DNA from: Edaphobacter aggregans | GTDB taxonomy: Bacteria > Acidobacteriota > Terriglobia > Terriglobales > Acidobacteriaceae | Assembly: GCF_003945235.1 (NCBI RefSeq) | Contig: NZ_RSDW01000001.1 | Coordinates: 4,140,001 to 4,172,000, forward strand | Length of the DNA stretch: 32,000 bases | Direction of reading: 5' to 3' | Part shown: in pieces, positions 26,731 to 32,000 of the stretch | Layout: each line of letters opens with the position of its first letter | How positions within the stretch are numbered: position 1 is the stretch's first letter | The notes under the pieces: model-generated | Told to the model about the DNA's origin: nothing | The model's input: the letters and a program-made list of their open reading frames with translations, nothing else | Database searches by the model: none | Position numbers and translations under genes: made by a program

Positions 26731-27402
26731 TCTCTGTTCTTATTATAGCGGGTTGAGAGAAATTAAATGGCGCGGTCATGTGGTTTGTTTCCAGCAAGTT
26801 AGATAGGTTTTTGGCTTGACAGCCTCGAGACGGCTAAAGGGACCTGATGTCAGATAGATCGGGCCTTTTGCCCTGAGGAATAGGAGCCCGAGCCTAAAGG
26901 CCTTTTGTATTTCGCGGGTTCTTCGCAGGGCCAAAGCCCTGCGCTTCCACCGAAGAACTAGTGCTGTGCTTCCAGGAAGAATAGAGAAAGGGACTTTCCA
27001 CAAAACCTGTAAAGCAGCCAAAGCTCGATATTTCGGAGGATTCGTCGTTGACGAGGTTTCCGGACTCGGCTATTCTTAAATCTCGCGCAGTCTCGCGTCT
27101 GCACGTCTGTGAAGCTATATCTCATGGACGCGCCAGCCACCGGGACATCGTGGTGGATCCACTCGGGGCAGCAGCGATTCAAGCCACCCCCAAAGCACCC
27201 ACTTCTCAGGTCCCAGTCAAGGTTTGACAAGGTTCTGTGCGCAATCATGCGGGTCGAACTCCTTGTGTGTTCGAGTAGTTTTCGCTCGCGTGTCCGACAG
27301 GTTTGATAAGCAAAAGCAGTCATGCACTAAAAATCAGCTTCACCATTCTTCATGCACCACGCCGAACACTGAAGACGGCAGAATCAAGGAGTAACCCAGA
27401 CG

Positions 27403-27837
27403 ATGTCCACTACGATTCCCAGCGGCAAAGATATTCAACGCAAGTGGTTTGTGCTCGACGCCAGCGGTAAGACGCTTGGCCGCCTCGCAACGCACGCCGC
27501 CAGCGTTCTCGCCGGTAAGCTCAACCCCCTCTACACCCCCTACATCGATATGGGCGATCACGTTGTCATCATCAACGCCGAGAAGATCGTTCTGACGGGG
27601 TTGAAGGCCGACCAGAAGCTCTATCGCCGCTACACCGGGTTCCCCGGCGGTCTGCGTGAAGAGTCCTTCATCAAGCTGCTCGCGCGTCGCCCGGAGGCGA
27701 TCGTCGAACAGGCCGTCAAGGGCATGCTTCCGAAGTCGAAGCTGGGCCGCCAGATGGCGACCAAGCTGAAGGTTTACAAGGGCGGTCAGCATCCGCACCT
27801 CGCACAGAAGCCTCAGCCGATGGAAATCGCCGGCTAA
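27403..27837 (+). CDS. rplM: 50S ribosomal protein L13
   Basis: 144-aa ORF with AAGGAG at 27386-27391. [26 protein letters not shown]...[10 protein letters not shown] is canonical L13. Confidence 0.97.
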   Translation: MSTTIPSGKDIQRKWFVLDASGKTLGRLATHAASVLAGKLNPLYTPYIDMGDHVVIINAEKIVLTGLKADQKLYRRYTGFPGGLREESFIKLLARRPEAIVEQAVKGMLPKSKLGRQMATKLKVYKGGQHPHLAQKPQPMEIAG

Positions 27838-27917
27838 GTTTTGTTGTCAGGCGCGGTCAGACGCGCCTCAGATAAAGATTTTCCGGCAAATGTCCGGAGG
27901 CAAGTTCAAGGAGCATC

Positions 27918-28313
27918 ATGGCAGATCTCGTCCAGTACTATGGCACCGGCCGCCGCAAGTCGTCGATTGCACGCGTTTTTCTGCGTCCCGGCAGCGGCAA
28001 CTTTACCGTCAACAAGAAGGACGTTGATGTTTACTTCGTGACGGCCCAGCAGCGCGCAGCAGCGAAGCGCTCGCTTGGCATCAACGACATCGGCGAGACC
28101 TTTGACGTTATCACCACGGTTCGTGGTGGTGGCGTGATGGGTCAGGCGGACGCCGTCAAGCTCGGCATCGCCCGCGCCCTTATGGAATTCAACCCCGAAC
28201 TCCGCAAGGCGCTCAAGTCGGAAGGCCTCGTTACCCGCGACTCGCGTGGTAAGGAGCGCAAGAAGTACGGTCAGAAGGGCGCTCGCGCTCGCTTCCAGTT
28301 CTCCAAGCGCTAA
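27918..28313 (+). CDS. rpsI: 30S ribosomal protein S9
   Basis: 131-aa ORF with AAGGAG upstream. [21 protein letters not shown]...[25 protein letters not shown] is canonical S9. Confidence 0.97.
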   Translation: MADLVQYYGTGRRKSSIARVFLRPGSGNFTVNKKDVDVYFVTAQQRAAAKRSLGINDIGETFDVITTVRGGGVMGQADAVKLGIARALMEFNPELRKALKSEGLVTRDSRGKERKKYGQKGARARFQFSKR

Positions 28314-28519
28314 TCGCTCGGTACTGCAAGCTGTCGCAGCCCTGGTTGTACGGGCCCTCACAGTATTAGCGGGTGCAGGACGTTCGGTTCCGCACCCGCT
28401 CGCATCACCCTTATGTGCTCCAAACGGGACCGCATGAGGCACGGAGTCAAATCTCCCGTACGCGGGATCAATCCAGGTGCCGGCGCGTCTTCCCGGTTGC
28501 CTCAACCAAGGAGCTCAAT

Positions 28520-29437
28520 TTGGCAAACATTACGATGAAAGAACTGCTCGAAGCTGGCGTTCACTTCGGGCATCAGACCAAGCGCTGGAACCCCAAGATG
28601 AAGGAATACATCTTTGGCGAGCGCAACGGAATTTATATTATCGACCTGCAGAAGACCCTCAAGATGTTCAAAGAGGCTTCGAAGTTCGTTACCGATCTGA
28701 CCTCCACCGGCAAGCTCATCCTCTTCGTTGGCACTAAGCGCCAGGCGCAGGATGCCGTGGCCGAAGAGGCCAACCGCGCGGGCATGCCCTACATCAACAG
28801 CCGCTGGCTGGGTGGGTTGCTGACCAACTGGGTCACGGTGCAGAAGTCGGTGAAGCGTCTCCAAGAGTTGGACGATATGTCCACCGACGGCCGCTATGAG
28901 CTGCTGACCAAGAAGGAAGTCATCAAGCTCGAGCGCGAGCGCAAGCACCTGTCGACCAACCTTGCCGGTATTAAGAGCATGAAGCGGCTTCCCGATGCGC
29001 TGTTTGTCATCGACTCGAACAACGAGGCTATTGCCGTTGCTGAAGCCCGCAAGCTTGGTATCCCGGTTGTCGCCGTTGTCGACACGAACTGCGATCCGAC
29101 CGTTGTTGACTATGTCATCCCCGGTAACGACGACGCTCTCCGCGCCATCCGTCTCTTCACGACGAAGATTGCTGATTCGGCTTACGAGGGCACGCAGATG
29201 GTCTCTGAGCGCGCCTTTGCTACTGAAGTCGCCGACGTTGAGCCGACCGAGGTTGGTTCGGAGCACATCGGTGAGGACGGGGAGTTGGCTGACGTTCAGG
29301 CCTCCATCTCGGCTGCCGACAGCGACGAAGACGACAATGTCGATCTCGCAGCGGTCCTCGGCGGGAACATCCGCAAGGCCCCTGCAGCGGCATCGGTAGA
29401 CGAGCCCGAGACTGCCATCGCCGACACCGGAGCCTAA
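28520..29437 (+). CDS. rpsB: 30S ribosomal protein S2 (with acidic C-terminal extension)
   Basis: ORF 28373..29437. A TTG at 28520 lies 6 nt after AAGGAG and gives [27 protein letters not shown], the canonical S2 N-terminus. An alternative ATG is at 28535. Confidence 0.93.
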   Translation: MANITMKELLEAGVHFGHQTKRWNPKMKEYIFGERNGIYIIDLQKTLKMFKEASKFVTDLTSTGKLILFVGTKRQAQDAVAEEANRAGMPYINSRWLGGLLTNWVTVQKSVKRLQELDDMSTDGRYELLTKKEVIKLERERKHLSTNLAGIKSMKRLPDALFVIDSNNEAIAVAEARKLGIPVVAVVDTNCDPTVVDYVIPGNDDALRAIRLFTTKIADSAYEGTQMVSERAFATEVADVEPTEVGSEHIGEDGELADVQASISAADSDEDDNVDLAAVLGGNIRKAPAAASVDEPETAIADTGA

Positions 29438-29573
29438 ACCCTATTGGCCCGGTCGTGTTAAGGGCACGGTATTTGCCGTGCTGTAACCGCCATCCGGATA
29501 TATTCAGGGGGCGCGGGCTTTATTGCCTGCGCCCCCTTTGCCTGAATCACGTTCTACACAGAAGGGAATCACA

Positions 29574-30236
29574 ATGTCTGACACCGCCGTAAAGATTGAT
29601 GCAAAACTCGTCAAGGAACTCCGCGAAAAGTCTGGCGCCCCGATGGGCGACTGCCTGAAGGCTCTGCAGGAGTCGAAGGGCGACATGGAAGAGGCGTTCG
29701 TCGTCCTCCGCAAGCGCGGCATGGCATCGGCCGCCAAGAAGGCCTCGCGCACCACGAACGAGGGTGCCGTGGGCACGTACATCCACGCTGGCGGCAAGAT
29801 CGGCGTCCTGCTCGAGCTGAACTGTGAGTCGGACTTCGTTGCTCGCACGCCTGACTTCCAAGAATTGCTCCGCGACATCGCCATGCACATCGCGGCTACC
29901 GATCCACGCTACGTTCGCCGCGAGGATGTGACCGCCGAGGATATCGAGCGCGAGAAGGATGTCTACCGCGCACAGGCTGCTGCGACCGGCAAGCCCGCTA
30001 ACATCATCGAGAAGATGCTGGAAGGCAAGATGGGCAAGTTCTATGAGGAGGTTTGCCTGCTCGATCAGCCGTTTATCAAGGAGCAGACACAGACCATTGC
30101 GCAGATCATTGCGACCAAGGTTGCCAAGCTCGGCGAGAACATCAGCGTGCGTCGCTTCGCGAGATTCAAAGTCGGTGATCCGAATTGGACTGTAGCGCAG
30201 ACCGCCCAGATTTCTACGGAGGAAGCATCGGCATAG
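29574..30236 (+). CDS. tsf: Elongation factor Ts (short form)
   Basis: ORF 29523..30236. The ATG at 29574 follows GAAGGGA. LVKELREKSGAPMGDCLKAL (UBA-like N-terminus) and ...GKIGVLLELNCESDFVART are canonical EF-Ts. Confidence 0.95.
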   Translation: MSDTAVKIDAKLVKELREKSGAPMGDCLKALQESKGDMEEAFVVLRKRGMASAAKKASRTTNEGAVGTYIHAGGKIGVLLELNCESDFVARTPDFQELLRDIAMHIAATDPRYVRREDVTAEDIEREKDVYRAQAAATGKPANIIEKMLEGKMGKFYEEVCLLDQPFIKEQTQTIAQIIATKVAKLGENISVRRFARFKVGDPNWTVAQTAQISTEEASA

Positions 30237-30263
30237 GCCAGCTTTCGACTCCGCTAGACAATC

Positions 30264-30295
30264 GAGCCCGGGCGACAGCCCGGGCTCTTCTTTTT
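30264..30295 (+). terminator. Intrinsic terminator after tsf
   Basis: GAGCCCGGGC gaca GCCCGGGCTC (perfect 10-bp stem) followed by TTCTTTTT, 28 nt after the tsf stop. Confidence 0.9.
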
Positions 30296-30403
30296 GCTCC
30301 TGACTAGGATTGAATTGAAGGTAGGCCTGATAATATCCGCGTTTCCTATATCGTCCACTACGGAGGCAATACATCTATTTTTTAGCAGCCTTTCTAGGTA
30401 TTT

Positions 30404-31525
30404 CTAAGCCATGACGCCCGTGGCCTCAGTTTTGAGGCTGCGTGCCCGTTCTTTCTCCAATATCCAACGCCTTGCAGGATTTTCAAGCCAGTAAATGCTG
30501 GCCACGCTGAGCCCTATAGTCACAACTACATAGATCAGGAAGGCTGGCATACCGTATCGTTCAATCGGGCGCCGCATGATCGTATTCAACGGCGCATGGA
30601 TTAGATAGAGTGCAAAACTGGCTTCGCCCAGCACGACCAACCAGCTTGCCGAAAACAAGGTGGAAATGACAACGTTGCCGCTGGCAAACGCAAGCAGAAT
30701 CAGTGCAAATAGCGGTACCTGAACGCCATGCTGCATCAGCATCTCAGGGACTGAAAGATCGAAGACGGGAACCGCGAAGAATGCCGCAAGACTACCCAAC
30801 AGAAGCCACGGAGCACAGCGTTGCAATGTCTGTGACCTGGCCGAATCCGCGCTGATCCACACGAAGAGTTTGGCGAGACAAATCCCCAGAACAAAGGCAT
30901 AGAGATGTTCCAGTGGGCTGCACGCTTGCTGCTGCCGTCCCATCGTTGTATGCGAGATGATCCAAACTAGCAGGGTTCCGCCGGCGTAGACGCAAACCGC
31001 GAATGGCAAGAGTACTCGTTCGCGCATTCGCCAAACAATTCCGCCGATGAAAGGAAAGAGTAGATAAAAAAACGCCTCCACTGAAAGCGACCACCCAGGC
31101 TGGTTGAATCCCTGAAGGCTGGCAAACCAGGCCTGCGCCAGACCGCCTGCGGCAAGAATCACAGCGATGGAATGTCCCCAGTTCTGGTGGGTAATGTATC
31201 TCTGGGTATAAAGAAAGTGGGGAAGATCCAGTGACATTGCGACCAGATAGAGTGGGTAAATGCGAGCGAACCGTGCAAGATAAAATTTTCGTTTGTCTAC
31301 CGATGCAGAGTTGTTGAGATAGACGATTGCTAGGATGAAACCCGACAGCAGAAAAAAGAATGGGACACAGACATATCCCACCCCGATGATGCGAGCAAGT
31401 ACCCCATAATCGCGGCGGTGCGAGGGAATTCCCGGAATTGCATGAAATAACAGCACATACAACGCGACGAAAAATCGTACGGAAGTAAGTGGAAGGATTT
31501 TGGACTTGGCCTGCGTGTTCGCCAT
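30404..31525 (-). CDS. Acyltransferase family 3 (OafA/YrhL-like) integral membrane protein
   Basis: 373-aa ORF. N-terminal LPLTSVRFFVALYVLLFHA is typical of Acyl_transf_3. About 10 helices throughout. Confidence 0.85.
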   Translation of the reverse strand: MANTQAKSKILPLTSVRFFVALYVLLFHAIPGIPSHRRDYGVLARIIGVGYVCVPFFFLLSGFILAIVYLNNSASVDKRKFYLARFARIYPLYLVAMSLDLPHFLYTQRYITHQNWGHSIAVILAAGGLAQAWFASLQGFNQPGWSLSVEAFFYLLFPFIGGIVWRMRERVLLPFAVCVYAGGTLLVWIISHTTMGRQQQACSPLEHLYAFVLGICLAKLFVWISADSARSQTLQRCAPWLLLGSLAAFFAVPVFDLSVPEMLMQHGVQVPLFALILLAFASGNVVISTLFSASWLVVLGEASFALYLIHAPLNTIMRRPIERYGMPAFLIYVVVTIGLSVASIYWLENPARRWILEKERARSLKTEATGVMA

Positions 31526-31682
31526 AAGGACCCTGCGGACTATCTTACATGCCGCTCGGAACGACCCAATCCCACGAAAGCCCCACGCCTAGGGCCTGAT
31601 TCTTCAGCCTTTCCGCGGCTAGTTCGTCTCCGTTGCTAGTAGGCGCGACAAGCGGTTGCCCCATGCGATACTTAGACCTGAC

Positions 31683-32000
31683 ATGTACAAAAGAGTCCTC
31701 CTCAAAATCTCCGGAGAAGCCCTGGCTGCAGGCCGCGGCTTCGGCATTGACGCAGTGTTCATCCACAAAGTTGCTGAGGAGATTGCGGATGCGCACGCTC
31801 TAGGCTGCCAGATTGGCATTGTGGTTGGTGGCGGCAATTTTTTTCGCGGTGTGGCGCAACAGGCCATCGATATGGATCGTGTCGCTGCTGATCATATGGG
31901 CATGTTGTCGACTGTGATTAATGCGATTGCTTTGCAAGACGCTATCGAAAAGCGGGGAATTATGTGCCGCGTGATGTCCGCGATTGAGATGCATCAGGTG
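31683..32000 (+). CDS. pyrH: UMP kinase, 5' part (runs off the window end)
   Basis: Absent from the ORF track because there is no stop in the window. My translation from the ATG at 31683 is MYKRVLLKISGEALAAGRGFGIDAVFIHKVAEEIADAHALGCQIGIVVGGGNFFRGVAQQAIDMDRVAADHMGMLSTVINAIALQDAIE..., which is canonical PyrH. Confidence 0.9.
   Translation, partial: MYKRVLLKISGEALAAGRGFGIDAVFIHKVAEEIADAHALGCQIGIVVGGGNFFRGVAQQAIDMDRVAADHMGMLSTVINAIALQDAIEKRGIMCRVMSAIEMHQV

Noticed and set aside
26980-27005. GGAAAGTCC on the minus strand resembling the RNase P RNA CR-I; also a tmRNA or SRP RNA candidate in 26.7-27.3 kb
   Set aside because: Only this 9-nt match is present. The RNase P continuation (CGGGCUC) and the ACAGAANCCGGCUUA element are absent. 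There is no tRNA-like T-arm/CCA end or ...ALAA tag reading frame for tmRNA, and no SRP GGAAGCAGCC core. The region is kept only as a generic ncRNA candidate.
26776-27323. ORFs 26776..27021 (minus), 26958..27323 (minus) and 27109..27306 (plus) as genes
   Set aside because: They overlap one another, are R/C/S-rich and non-protein-like, and have no RBS.
1-32000. CRISPR arrays, tRNA or rRNA genes, transposases, integrases, toxin-antitoxin or recognisable phage-defence genes
   Set aside because: I saw no regularly spaced direct repeats with unique spacers, no tRNA T-arm/acceptor signatures, and no ORF with transposase, integrase or nuclease-like motifs.

Overview
High-GC bacterial chromosomal window. 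The gene content (CarboxypepD_reg-type TonB-dependent receptor, orphan MacB/FtsX-type permease, PDZ-GAF-SpoIIE phosphatase) suggests Acidobacteriota (Terriglobia-like), but that is inference only. Left part (1-7.6 kb): a ComEA-like protein, a PDZ/multi-TM/GAF/PP2C phosphatase, a CPA2 antiporter translationally coupled to a small membrane protein, and an LssY-like protein divergent from a DUF4397-like lipoprotein. Middle (8.3-19.4 kb, all minus strand): ahcY, an MFS transporter, ada, a transglutaminase-like protein, metK, a TonB-dependent receptor and a small membrane-anchored HTH protein. An AT-rich spacer lies at 18.4-19.0 kb and gene orientation switches at about 19.5 kb. This opens a lower-GC envelope-glycan cluster: a Wzy/WaaL-like membrane protein, an orphan permease, two GT-C enzymes and a GT2. 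Right end: rplM-rpsI, rpsB-tsf, an antisense acyltransferase and the 5' part of pyrH. The most unusual signal is non-coding: a recurring stem-loop motif (6-nt arms, exactly 17-nt loop starting GTATT, then a GGTCYGGAC-like tail). In this window it is found only between stop codons and predicted intrinsic terminators, always sense to the upstream gene. Other points are strand-dependent synonymous codon usage whose sign appears to flip across the window, T/G-rich intergenic repeats, and a 670-bp structured non-coding gap upstream of rplM. I recognised no CRISPR array, tRNA, rRNA or transposase. Coordinates of small elements were counted by hand and may be off by 1-2 nt.
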